Assembly: GCA_036002745.1 (NCBI GenBank)
Contig: DASYTA010000270.1
Location: forward strand, 1-38,949
From: Cyclobacteriaceae bacterium
Lineage (GTDB): Bacteria > Bacteroidota > Bacteroidia > Cytophagales > Cyclobacteriaceae
Length of the DNA stretch: 38,949 nt
Direction: 5' to 3'
The notes below the pieces were generated by a model, which did not search any database, was not told the DNA's origin, and was given only the letters and a program-made list of their open reading frames with translations. Within the stretch, counting starts at the first letter, position 1. Each line of letters opens with the position of its first letter. Of this stretch, positions 1-9,012 are shown one piece after another. The position numbers and the translations under genes were made by a program.

Positions 1-85
1 TGTCCTTAGACAATAAAGTCTCGGGCCGTTTTGACCACAATAAATGTGAATTGGAAAATCAATTGAACAAAATAGTTCCGGATTA
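1..85 (+). repeat. Transposon end with spaced TnsB-type sites (Tn7L-like)
   Basis: Terminal TGT; sites AGACAATAAAGTCTCGGGCCG (8-28) and GAACAAAATAGTTCCGGATTA (65-85) resemble Tn7 TnsB sites. Possible degenerate site at ~182-200. Confidence 0.85.
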
Positions 86-95
86 GTAACTGTCT

Positions 96-116
96 GTTAC
101 TAATATTGTTAGTAAC
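96..116. promoter_or_regulatory. Palindrome GTTACTAA-N5-TTAGTAAC, putative non-canonical LexA-type SOS box
   Basis: Perfect 8-bp arms; core CTAA-N5-TTAG (100-112) recurs at 19454-19466 and 37567-37579. Confidence 0.55.
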
Positions 117-224
117 CAGCATAGGGTTCTGTTTCGAATATTTCGATAGTCTCCGAAGGGCCTGATTAATATTAAATGAAAAAAAACCAACGTTTCGGAC
201 GTATCACCAAATATAAACTTGGGT

Positions 225-1706
225 TTACTTCATCTGCCTCTTCTTGTATTCATTCCAGTTTTCCGCAACTTGACAAATGAATTTTCCACTTTCTGGTAGT
301 AACGTAAGGGGGGTCTTTTTATGAACCTTAATTTGTGTTAATAGGAAGGTCTTCGAAATTCGTCTTTGCACATTTGGTAGATCAAGTTTTCTATACGTCA
401 ATTGTAGCTCCGCCAAAGTCGCACGATCACGTTGAATCAAATCTACTTTTCTCCTTCCAATCGCTTTTGCTACACGATTGCGCTTTGAAGGTCTGGGCTT
501 CTGACTTTGTCGGACTAACCAATGCTGGGCATCACGTAATTGCGGTTTCCAACGGTGATCAACAATTTTTTTAACCACCCTGAAGCATACGCCAATTCTC
601 CTTGATATTTCATTAAAAGAGAGTCCGCTTGATTTCAGCATCCGTACTCTGTCTTGAAAATTCTTCCCATAATCCAATACCCATGGCTTCCTTTGATTTT
701 CGATATAGTCGATAAATTTGATGCCACATTCTGGGCAGGTCGCAAAAAAACCGTTCTCGGTTCCGTTGTATACCTTCAGCGATAGATAAGCTTCTGGGGG
801 GAGTTCCACCTCATAGACTCCGCAAAAAGGGTTAATACACTTGACCACTTTGGTATTCAAGCTTTTCACATACTCGAGCACCATCAAGAAGAGAACGGGA
901 TGGACCGCTGATCTTCTGTTCATAATTGTCTCTCGAAAAACACGCTTAGGGCTTTCCAACAAGCGAGCATAGCTTGGATATTTGTTGGACATTCGTGTCC
1001 GAAGATTCTTCAGAAAAAAGTCTCCCCTTACCCAATTCTTTCGGATAATTTTAGCAAAGCCCTTTTTATCGGCGGTGTGATGGATTTCATCCAAGTCTAT
1101 CTTTTTTCCTTGTAGTATCTCGACCAATTCTCGACTAAGATCTTGGGAAGAATCTGTTGATATGGCCTGGTCGTGCTGGATTACCAAATCCGCAGCAAAA
1201 ATCTTCCCGGTTCCTAAATCACTTTCTGAAGGCACCCAATGAGCTAAATCGCAGTCATGGACTACGCATTTCGTCACAAAGGGAATATTATGACATCGTG
1301 TCCAAAAGGCTTCACCATAAGTTTCTCTTTGAACAGCAGCGCACAATGGGCAATAACCAAAAGACTCTTTGCGAATTTCAAGCAAGGCACCGAAGTGACG
1401 GCCTCTTGTACCTTTCAACATGTATTTCACAATGCTTTTCTTTCTTTTGGAATTTGAAAATGCTCCAATCAATGGATAAATCGTATGTTTACTCATCAGA
1501 GTTTCTATGTCACATTTTATAACGCAAGTAATTCTCTCAACAAATCGTAATAAATTGTTTGGTAGATGAAGGCTAAGCGTTGAAATTTTAGTTCCAAATA
1601 AATCAGCACAACCTTTTTTCTGAGATGAGTTTGTATGTTCAATATATCTCGCGACAATGCTATATAGTAACTCATCAGGATAAGGGTCAGGGAAATAGGC
1701 AATCAT
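225..1706 (-). CDS. tnsD: TnsD-like target selector (TniQ domain + C-terminal Zn ribbon/HTH), 493 aa
   Basis: N-terminal FPDPYPDELLYS..ARY; TniQ Zn finger CPLC...H...C..H; extra CINPFC/CPEC and HTH-like LSFNEISRRIGV; last gene of the tns operon. Confidence 0.85.
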   Translation of the reverse strand: MIAYFPDPYPDELLYSIVARYIEHTNSSQKKGCADLFGTKISTLSLHLPNNLLRFVERITCVIKCDIETLMSKHTIYPLIGAFSNSKRKKSIVKYMLKGTRGRHFGALLEIRKESFGYCPLCAAVQRETYGEAFWTRCHNIPFVTKCVVHDCDLAHWVPSESDLGTGKIFAADLVIQHDQAISTDSSQDLSRELVEILQGKKIDLDEIHHTADKKGFAKIIRKNWVRGDFFLKNLRTRMSNKYPSYARLLESPKRVFRETIMNRRSAVHPVLFLMVLEYVKSLNTKVVKCINPFCGVYEVELPPEAYLSLKVYNGTENGFFATCPECGIKFIDYIENQRKPWVLDYGKNFQDRVRMLKSSGLSFNEISRRIGVCFRVVKKIVDHRWKPQLRDAQHWLVRQSQKPRPSKRNRVAKAIGRRKVDLIQRDRATLAELQLTYRKLDLPNVQRRISKTFLLTQIKVHKKTPLTLLPESGKFICQVAENWNEYKKRQMK

Positions 1707-2590
1707 TGTTTCAATGTTTTTTTACTTTGCAATTCTAATTCTCTTAAGAAGTCTTCCAACACCAGAATTATCATTGGAAAAACTCCACCCCAATTTCCAT
1801 TAATTATTCTCGGAATTTGGTGAGCAAGTAGCGGAGATAAATGGTGCAGATACGGATAATTTTGGTCAACATATCTTCGCACATCCTGAATAAAATTTCG
1901 ATTTATCACGACCCTACTCGTCAACTTCTTCGCACAACCAAATTCAAGTGATCTGCGATAAATTTCTTGAGTGTCCATTGGCTTCGCGCCATTTAGAATA
2001 TCAATACAACGCTGATCAAAATTTTTTAGGGGGAAATTTTTGGTAACATCAGTTATTCGGAATAATGACGCTTCGGCACTCAAAATATTTCCATCTCTCA
2101 TCTCTCTATTTGACAATGCAGGTTGAACCAAATCGCATTTATGGATGGTACATGATAACACAAATGGTATGTTATGACTTCGTCGCCAATAGGTTTCTCC
2201 AAGATCTTGTCGGTCAACGGTTGAACACAGGGGACAATATTTGAAACTGTACGCATGCATACCATCAGTTTTTGCGAAAGTGAAGTCATTGTTATAGCCC
2301 TCCATATATTGTCGGATTACTTCCCTTCGCCTTGGTGATGCAAATGCGACGACAAATGGCTGTAGCGTGTGCTTGGCAATAAGTTTTTCTTGATCGATAC
2401 GAATTGTACTTCGAATATTCTCGAAAAGAACGTTTACTTTTTTTGGACAGTAAAAATTCACTCTTTCTGCGTTCGATTGAAACAAGTCTGAAGTCGTCTT
2501 TGACGTGGACTTATTGCAATGCTCAGAGTATCGAGCTATCACACTATACAATAACTCATCCGGATAGGGAGTAGGAAAATAAGGTATCAT
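1703..2590 (-). CDS. tniQ: Short TniQ-family protein, 295 aa
   Basis: FPTPYPDELLYS..ARY; CPLC...YWRRSH...C..H; follows tnsC; 4-bp ATGA overlap with the next gene. Confidence 0.85.
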   Translation of the reverse strand: MIPYFPTPYPDELLYSVIARYSEHCNKSTSKTTSDLFQSNAERVNFYCPKKVNVLFENIRSTIRIDQEKLIAKHTLQPFVVAFASPRRREVIRQYMEGYNNDFTFAKTDGMHAYSFKYCPLCSTVDRQDLGETYWRRSHNIPFVLSCTIHKCDLVQPALSNREMRDGNILSAEASLFRITDVTKNFPLKNFDQRCIDILNGAKPMDTQEIYRRSLEFGCAKKLTSRVVINRNFIQDVRRYVDQNYPYLHHLSPLLAHQIPRIINGNWGGVFPMIILVLEDFLRELELQSKKTLKQ

Positions 2591-2624
2591 AGTAAGAAGT
2601 GATACTCCAAGCGATGCAGAAAAA

Positions 2625-4148
2625 TTAGATAAGAATTTCTTGCAAAGTCTTTACCTGACCGGCCTCCTTCAATAAGTTATAGTTATCCAAATTAGATGCG
2701 CCATTTTCGCACACATCAAGCAGGTCTCCAGTCGGTTTCTTAAAAGTCTGCGCTTGAATTGTTCCCGCGACATTCAAGTTCGCAATAGCCTCGGCCAATT
2801 TCTCAAACTTCTTTTCAATAGCCAGCACATGAAAATCCTTTAAAATCATTTTTATGCACTCGCTTAGTTGTGACTTATCCATTTCTGGCCACCTATTTTT
2901 AGCGAACTCAATCAGAAATTTTTCATCGTCTGGTCTTCCGCAGACATCTTTTTTTGATTCCTTCTTCAAACCTCGCATTAAACTTTGAGTCATTTGAACA
3001 TCTGAATATTGGCTAAGAATTAAGCGATCACTTTTTGCCAACGCTTCGATGATTGGAGCTGTGCCTATCAGTTGACCTTTTACGGAGTCAAAATATTTTA
3101 ACTCAATAGTTTCTGAATTGTTTGACAATGCAATGTCTTGAACGAGACAATGGATTTGAATGAGCAGTCTAAGAATTCCTTGTGATTCTCGATAGTACGC
3201 CATCATTAATTCAGGAGTTAATTCTCCTGGCGCACGTAGAACCTGATGTTTCCACAGCTGCCTCAGTACGAACTTCCACTCCTCATCATCTTCATGAAAT
3301 CTGTCGACTATTGGCATCCCAATCCCCTGAATCCGGCTGGCAGTTTGAAAGTCTCCGAACAAAATGGGCGCAGCTTGATCTGTGCCAATGTATATAATCG
3401 GAACGCCAACAGTATTTGTGAGCTCCTTAAAGAAGTTCATAATTTTTCTTCGAATTATTTCATTCGAGTTTTCCAGATTATGTACTTCATCCACTACTAT
3501 TAATGAGAGTCTATGCAAGATTGCTTTAAGACCGACGGTAATTATAAGGCGTTCCTCTGATTCCTTCCCGTGTTGTTGGAAGTAATTTGTTCCTAATGCT
3601 CGATCGAATTCATTGAGTATAGATAAGCATAGTTGTTTGGTAGAACCCTTAACTGTACAATCTACTTTCAAGTAAGTTACCTGACGGATTCCAAAATCCA
3701 AATGGTCGACCACCTGAGGAATCATCTGAAACACTCTGTTGACAATGGTTGTCTTACCCATTCCGCTTATTCCAAGAAACGGAAATCCAAGAACGGTTTC
3801 TCGATTAACCAATAAACTATTGGGGCAACCCTTCATGTTCCTAACTTTCTTTAACGATTTTATCCAATCTGCTGGGGTACGAGCTGTTAAACTCTCATAC
3901 ATGACAATGAGCATTTTAATTGTGAAGTAATAATGGAAGGTCAATGGAATAAAAAGCTTATGACGCAATTCAATCAACTGCAGCAGTCGGTCACCAAGCT
4001 CTGCCTGTGGATCAAGCGCCGGCGATTGGGCAATCCTTTGAAAAAATTCTTCTTTGCTCATGATATTTGGCAAAGCGTTCAATAATGGATTATTGTCATC
4101 TTTTTTCATACTGATTTTGTTTAAAGGTTTAGTTGTCGAAAAGTACAT
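2625..4148 (-). CDS. tnsC: TnsC AAA+ transposition regulator (alternative start 4109)
   Basis: Walker A GISGMGKT, Walker B LIVVDEVH, YLKVDC motif; position after tnsB. Confidence 0.9.
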   Translation of the reverse strand: MYFSTTKPLNKISMKKDDNNPLLNALPNIMSKEEFFQRIAQSPALDPQAELGDRLLQLIELRHKLFIPLTFHYYFTIKMLIVMYESLTARTPADWIKSLKKVRNMKGCPNSLLVNRETVLGFPFLGISGMGKTTIVNRVFQMIPQVVDHLDFGIRQVTYLKVDCTVKGSTKQLCLSILNEFDRALGTNYFQQHGKESEERLIITVGLKAILHRLSLIVVDEVHNLENSNEIIRRKIMNFFKELTNTVGVPIIYIGTDQAAPILFGDFQTASRIQGIGMPIVDRFHEDDEEWKFVLRQLWKHQVLRAPGELTPELMMAYYRESQGILRLLIQIHCLVQDIALSNNSETIELKYFDSVKGQLIGTAPIIEALAKSDRLILSQYSDVQMTQSLMRGLKKESKKDVCGRPDDEKFLIEFAKNRWPEMDKSQLSECIKMILKDFHVLAIEKKFEKLAEAIANLNVAGTIQAQTFKKPTGDLLDVCENGASNLDNYNLLKEAGQVKTLQEILI

Positions 4149-6168
4149 TCAATGTGTCAGTCAATGATGGAAGTCCGGATGAATGTGCCCTCTTCTTCGG
4201 CTCTGTTTTTCGGGGAGGACCTTTGGTCACTTCAGGATCAACTTGCGCTAAAACAGTTTCACGGTGACGATTTATTTCCTTCTTCCGGTTTTCTCGAACA
4301 TTTTCGATTTCGATTTTCTTCGGTCTCCGGGCTTTCGCTTCTCTAATTATCTTATTTTGTTCCTGTCTTTTTTCTACTTCGTCATCGAGAGCCTGTCTTT
4401 TGTGTAAAATTTTCTTTTCACCAAGATCCTGCAGAAAGTTTTCCATTTCGAAATAACTCTGAAAGTTGATTTCTTGTTTGGGTTCCAATGGGATCATTTT
4501 TCCATCGTATCTCAGAAAGGTTTGCCGACAATCTGAAGGGTTGTAGGACACCTCGCATGCAGTTTTACCAAATGAGAAGTTGTGGATCAATGCATCGTAC
4601 TTTTCATCGACAGGAAAAAAGTGATAAGGCTTAATAAATATTCCTTTTCTCGAAACGCTGCATGTCTTTGTCGGCAAGCAGTTTCTCCAAACAGTCGTCT
4701 TGTCGAGCTTTCTAAAATTCCCCAAACCATTCTTTTTCGCCCAATTGAAAATTTCAAGTGGAGTTGGATTAATATTGTCTCGCCTCATGTCGGGAGTGAG
4801 GGGATAGTCGTCCATCCAATGATTCTTATTATAAAAAAGAATTTCCCTGATAATTAACGCCATCATGTCGTTTAACGTGAGCGTAGCTTGCTTCCTTGAG
4901 TCCTTCGTGATTCTCGGCTCATCATTTTTGTCGATAAGCCCAAGTCCATTCAAAATACCTTTTAGTTTTGATTGAAAGACTCCCATCTGCACTTCGACCA
5001 AACTTTTCAGGTCCGGTCGATAAGATGGTGTATTGGTTAAATTGATTTTCAAGTTTTTAGTAAGAGAACTTGCTGCGTCCGCCAAAAACTCACCACGGTC
5101 CGCAATTATTTTAAACGGTACATAACAGGATGGCCATAGATCCTCGGTAATGTAAATCCCATACCTGTTGCAGAATTCAACTTTGTCTTCTGTTGTGTTT
5201 ACTACACACATGCACCCAGTTAAATAAGAAGGATGTTCCGGTGTGATATAGACACCCGTTATCAAACCACTAAACACGTCAACAGTGAAGTAAATTGTTA
5301 GCCGGCCGATGTAACGGTCTCTGAATTCTGTAGATAGAACTCGCACATTATCTATCGTGCAGTCGATCATAACTTCCGACATAGGACCGAAGGCATTATC
5401 GCGCACCGTCCCTTTTAAAAGCCGTAGCCCCTTTAGGTACTTTATCGTACCCGTCCGTTTTTTTATTATTTCAATCGCATCGTTGAGTTCCCTTCCCCAA
5501 TAAATGAATTGCCTCAATGATGGGGCGTTAACTCCTTTCAAATTTTCAAAAGCGAGAAAATCTACATGCGCACTCGTCAACGAATTCTTTTCATTTTCAA
5601 TGTAGAACTTCTTGAATCCCTTCAAAATTTTTTCCTTCATGTCATTAGTCAGGACTAACCTTGCTATGGGCACTCTATCTTTTCTGCCAAGTGTATTCTT
5701 GGTTACTTTTTTCCTTACGCCTACTGCTCCACATGCGCTAAATCCGGGAAGCACGGCGTTGTCATCACATCCATGCGCCCAATATTGTTTTAGCAATTCA
5801 AATAGAACGGACTTTTTAAGGAAGCCTTCTTTTCTTGACAGAAAATTGATTGCCTTGTTGCGCCATTTCGAATCAAAAATGTCGGGGCTGTCGACCAACT
5901 CATTAATCGAAGTCATTCGAAATTCACGGTAACGCTTTTCAGCCTCTGATAGGTCTTCTTCTAGTCTATCTATCTTAAAGGGATCGTGATCAAGCAATCT
6001 GATTTGAGGCTTATAAAAAAAATCGATCGATTCCCTGTAAGGCATTCTCAATGGCTCACCGCTCTTAATTTTGATTACGATGAAGTCATCGCGTTCCGCT
6101 TCAGCCAAAACTCTGAAGTGGAGATCATTGTGGACGTCTTTGTAAACTCTATTTATTAATGGTCTCAT
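4129..6168 (-). CDS. tnsB: TnsB DDE transposase
   Basis: IDCT...DVFSGLITG, ADRGE, TPSYRPDLKSLVE (DDE/Mu-like core); overlaps tnsA and tnsC. Confidence 0.92.
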   Translation of the reverse strand: MRPLINRVYKDVHNDLHFRVLAEAERDDFIVIKIKSGEPLRMPYRESIDFFYKPQIRLLDHDPFKIDRLEEDLSEAEKRYREFRMTSINELVDSPDIFDSKWRNKAINFLSRKEGFLKKSVLFELLKQYWAHGCDDNAVLPGFSACGAVGVRKKVTKNTLGRKDRVPIARLVLTNDMKEKILKGFKKFYIENEKNSLTSAHVDFLAFENLKGVNAPSLRQFIYWGRELNDAIEIIKKRTGTIKYLKGLRLLKGTVRDNAFGPMSEVMIDCTIDNVRVLSTEFRDRYIGRLTIYFTVDVFSGLITGVYITPEHPSYLTGCMCVVNTTEDKVEFCNRYGIYITEDLWPSCYVPFKIIADRGEFLADAASSLTKNLKINLTNTPSYRPDLKSLVEVQMGVFQSKLKGILNGLGLIDKNDEPRITKDSRKQATLTLNDMMALIIREILFYNKNHWMDDYPLTPDMRRDNINPTPLEIFNWAKKNGLGNFRKLDKTTVWRNCLPTKTCSVSRKGIFIKPYHFFPVDEKYDALIHNFSFGKTACEVSYNPSDCRQTFLRYDGKMIPLEPKQEINFQSYFEMENFLQDLGEKKILHKRQALDDEVEKRQEQNKIIREAKARRPKKIEIENVRENRKKEINRHRETVLAQVDPEVTKGPPRKTEPKKRAHSSGLPSLTDTLNVLFDN

Positions 6169-6940
6169 CAGCTATAATTTTAAAGTTGAATAGTTGCATA
6201 TCCAGATTTAAACTTCGCCCGATATCAAACCAAACCCGTTGTGTCGCTAACAAGTGATAAAAAATCCGGCAACAGTCACCGAATTGAATTCTCAGTTTGA
6301 GAGCCGACTGCTTAACAAACTCTCGCAGGAGTAAATTCTTGTCTAATGAACACCTCTTAAACTCTTCAAAAACAACAGACGCTAAGAGTGAGTCCATTGT
6401 AAAATACTCGCGAAGAAATTTGACATTGTTCAACTTTATCTGATCAAGTTGTTTTTCAGTGACAATGCACCACTCGACATCTCTTTGTTTCCACCACTCT
6501 TTTTCAATCTGAAATTTTTGTAAAACTCTTTTAGTTATCAATGAAGACGGTTTCACGGTCACCGCTTTTTGTGACATTATTCCTGCCCGATCAACTGTCA
6601 ACAAAAAATCGGTCGTCATTACGACATCCTTATTCTTTTCATCATGCGGATGAATTATGTTTAAGTTGGCCGCAATCTGCTGAGTACTCGACAACGGTAG
6701 TAATGGATATTGCTCCTGAATATCTTTGATCGCAGGATTGAACCTGAATAGTATAGAGTAGTTCTCTTCCAGATTTGAAAGCACGATAAACTCTCGATCA
6801 ATTTTCGCATCACCTGCGATCCTTGTTGTGCATCCCTTTGAAGAAAAATGTCTAGGACGAATAAAGGGTTTATAATTTGCTCCATGACCTTGACCCAAGC
6901 CTCGCTTGAGTCTAGTCTCGTCGGAAATTCTCGATTTCAT
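6149..6940 (-). CDS. tnsA: TnsA endonuclease subunit
   Basis: GQGHGANYKPFI, LSNLE, DIQEQYPLL, VMTTDFLL, VKP, KFQIEKEWW are typical TnsA motifs. Confidence 0.95.
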   Translation of the reverse strand: MKSRISDETRLKRGLGQGHGANYKPFIRPRHFSSKGCTTRIAGDAKIDREFIVLSNLEENYSILFRFNPAIKDIQEQYPLLPLSSTQQIAANLNIIHPHDEKNKDVVMTTDFLLTVDRAGIMSQKAVTVKPSSLITKRVLQKFQIEKEWWKQRDVEWCIVTEKQLDQIKLNNVKFLREYFTMDSLLASVVFEEFKRCSLDKNLLLREFVKQSALKLRIQFGDCCRIFYHLLATQRVWFDIGRSLNLDMQLFNFKIIADETINK

Positions 6941-7149
6941 AAATGATGGTGATTGGGAGTTTGAAATCCTTTCTGACTTCTTCCATTTAGGAAATCGGGA
7001 TCGATATAGCTGTTAAAAAAGTACGACATGTTTCGCACCAGAGTAGAAGTAAATGGGCTTAGCTTTTCGGTTTGCCCAAACAGTTCCGCTTGAGCTCCAG
7101 TCCCCTTAGTGCCTTCACGGGGCTTCGCAATTGAATTTTTGGTTTTCAT
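6937..7149 (-). CDS. Small hypothetical protein (70 aa) coupled to tnsA
   Basis: ATG start after an AT-rich leader; stop overlaps the tnsA start (ATGA). Confidence 0.5.
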   Translation of the reverse strand: MKTKNSIAKPREGTKGTGAQAELFGQTEKLSPFTSTLVRNMSYFFNSYIDPDFLNGRSQKGFQTPNHHHL

Positions 7150-7287
7150 ATGTTTATTGGTTTAAGGTTTGAGATTTTCTTTAGAGTAATTTTTTTGCCA
7201 AAAACGATGAGCTACATTTACTGTAATCCAAACTATCAAGAGCAAGATTGAACAAAGCAGTAAATCACCCATAAATTAAAAGTTTAT

Positions 7288-7359
7288 TGCATTATATACA
7301 TCATTGATATGCTTTTAATTACATATCAAATTTGCATTAAAAAACATTAATATGCAAAT
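7288..7359. promoter_or_regulatory. Putative operator array in the divergent tns/xre promoter region
   Basis: Inverted repeats TTGATATG-N10-CATATCAA (7304-7329) and ATTTGCAT..ATGCAAAT (7330-7359); TGC-W-rich-ACAT units at 7288, 7310 and 7333. Confidence 0.5.
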
Positions 7360-7400
7360 ATGTTATATTTTGCAATGGTTATAAATACATAACACTAAGA

Positions 7401-7772
7401 ATGGAAATACAAGAGTTACTCAAAGTATTGTCCCGAAATATCAGCCAAATCAGGGTGGCGAAAGGGATGTCACAAAAGGAGGTCGCACTCGGAGCTGGCG
7501 TCGATCAAGGACAGTATTCTCGCATTGAAAATGGAAAGATTGACCCCGCTCTATCCACCCTTCAAAAACTGGCGGATGCTTTTGATGTTCCCCTAACAGA
7601 TTTTTTTAAGGCTGACGCGCCGGAAGAAATGGTATTCACGGATAAGCTAAAGGCCGTTATGAAAATGAACAAGGAAGACAAGCAACTGGTTGAGAAGATA
7701 ATCGATATGACTTTGTTCACAAGAAAGAGCTTGGATAACGCCGAAGCGTTAAATCAGAAGAAGTCAAAATGA
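7401..7772 (+). CDS. XRE-family HTH transcriptional regulator
   Basis: IRVAKGMSQKEVA...YSRIENGK..P..STL.KLA HTH_3 signature; divergent from the tns operon. Confidence 0.9.
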   Translation: MEIQELLKVLSRNISQIRVAKGMSQKEVALGAGVDQGQYSRIENGKIDPALSTLQKLADAFDVPLTDFFKADAPEEMVFTDKLKAVMKMNKEDKQLVEKIIDMTLFTRKSLDNAEALNQKKSK

Positions 7773-7816
7773 ATAATTAAGCAACTCCTCGTTCACAAGA
7801 CTCTTTCCTCCTAGAC

Positions 7817-8032
7817 TTAGGAATTTATAAGATCCTTAACATTTACTCTTAATATTCTTGCTATTTCGAAGAAGCGCTCAAGCGACGGTTGACGATGATT
7901 ATTAATGTAGCGATTCATCGTTCTAAACTCAATGTCCATTTCTCCGGCCAACCAGGATTGGGTCTTGCCCTGAGAGTCAAGAACCTCCTTGATTAAGTTT
8001 AGTTTTTTGCCCGGTTTTTTGCCTTTTGCCAC
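7817..8032 (-). CDS. Small XRE-family HTH protein
   Basis: LNLIKEVL..QGKTQSWLA...YINNHRQPSLE.FFEIARIL; GTG start. Confidence 0.85.
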   Translation of the reverse strand: MAKGKKPGKKLNLIKEVLDSQGKTQSWLAGEMDIEFRTMNRYINNHRQPSLERFFEIARILRVNVKDLINS

Positions 8033-8108
8033 AGGTTCAAATTAGTCCTATGGCATTTCTTGCTGTGAGACCAATTTGATCCTATATTAGATTCTGTAAA
8101 TCAACGGT

Positions 8109-8603
8109 ATGAATGATAAAATTGTAAGCAGGACATCCATGACACACTTGACCTCAGTTATTTTATTGTTGCTAACTCAGGCATGTGGAGTCTTTGACAA
8201 CAGAGAAGGAATTGCCAAAGAGCAATTACAGCAAAACGTCAAAAGTCAGTCAGAATCGGCACTTGTGGTAACCACTTTCAAGAAAACTAACGGTTATGAT
8301 CAAAACTTTTCAGGGTTTAATCTGTACGTAATTGAATGGGAAACGGATCTTACTACAAAAAGAGAAATTTGGAAAATTTCGCCGGATGGTTTTGGACAAT
8401 TTTATTGGTCCAATTTTTCTGTTTCAACTACAGACCCAAAGACCTGGAAAGGGATGTGGAATTCTCCTTATCAACATTTGGATAAGAATGCTGTTGTTCA
8501 TCTTACAGGCCAAACGGTTTTGCTGAAAACTGAGAATGGCTGGCAGGCACGCGATTGGAAGGTGACAACGTCTAAACTTGTAAGCGGTTGGTTCAACAAT
8601 TAA
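8109..8603 (+). CDS. Putative lipoprotein of unknown function
   Basis: Hydrophobic stretch ending in lipobox-like LTQAC; the true start may be the second Met. Confidence 0.65.
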   Translation: MNDKIVSRTSMTHLTSVILLLLTQACGVFDNREGIAKEQLQQNVKSQSESALVVTTFKKTNGYDQNFSGFNLYVIEWETDLTTKREIWKISPDGFGQFYWSNFSVSTTDPKTWKGMWNSPYQHLDKNAVVHLTGQTVLLKTENGWQARDWKVTTSKLVSGWFNN

Positions 8604-8613
8604 TTGCCACAAC

Positions 8614-8635
8614 GTTGTTACTCTAGAGTAACAAC
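8614..8635. repeat. Perfect 22-bp palindrome GTTGTTACTCTAGAGTAACAAC
   Basis: Directly visible; intergenic, 10 bp after a stop codon and upstream of the SRAP-containing cluster. Confidence 0.8.
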
Positions 8636-8750
8636 TTGTCCTCCATTATATATATGCAAGGGCGCCGCGCTCATTTAATTCGCTTTTGTTATATTTATTG
8701 AAGTCAAGCTAGGCTAAATCACCTGGTGCAGCAACTACAATAAAGATGGT

Positions 8751-9011
8751 GTGACATTTCTCCAGACCATGAAAGAATGGGATATATCCTTCATTAATAC
8801 AGCCTGGTTGTTGGGAAGAAATAACATCATTCACCTAGAGGACGTACCAGATGTTCTTCAAAGGGACTTAATTACTTTCATGTTTGGCAAGACCGTTTCG
8901 GAGGACGAAAAAGGAATAGTGATTCACAAGAGTGACTACTTAGCTTGGCTGACTAAGCTTAACACTCAGGGATTTGACTATGACATTCAGCTAAACGAAA
9001 AAAAGAGCTAA
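8751..9011 (+). CDS. Hypothetical protein (86 aa) immediately upstream of SRAP
   Basis: Protein-like composition; stop lies 1 bp before the SRAP ATG. Confidence 0.65.
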   Translation: MTFLQTMKEWDISFINTAWLLGRNNIIHLEDVPDVLQRDLITFMFGKTVSEDEKGIVIHKSDYLAWLTKLNTQGFDYDIQLNEKKS

Positions 9012-9012
9012 T

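Noticed and set aside
33-54. CACAATAAATG as a full TnsB site
   Set aside because: Matches only the first half and lacks the conserved CGG; partial at best.
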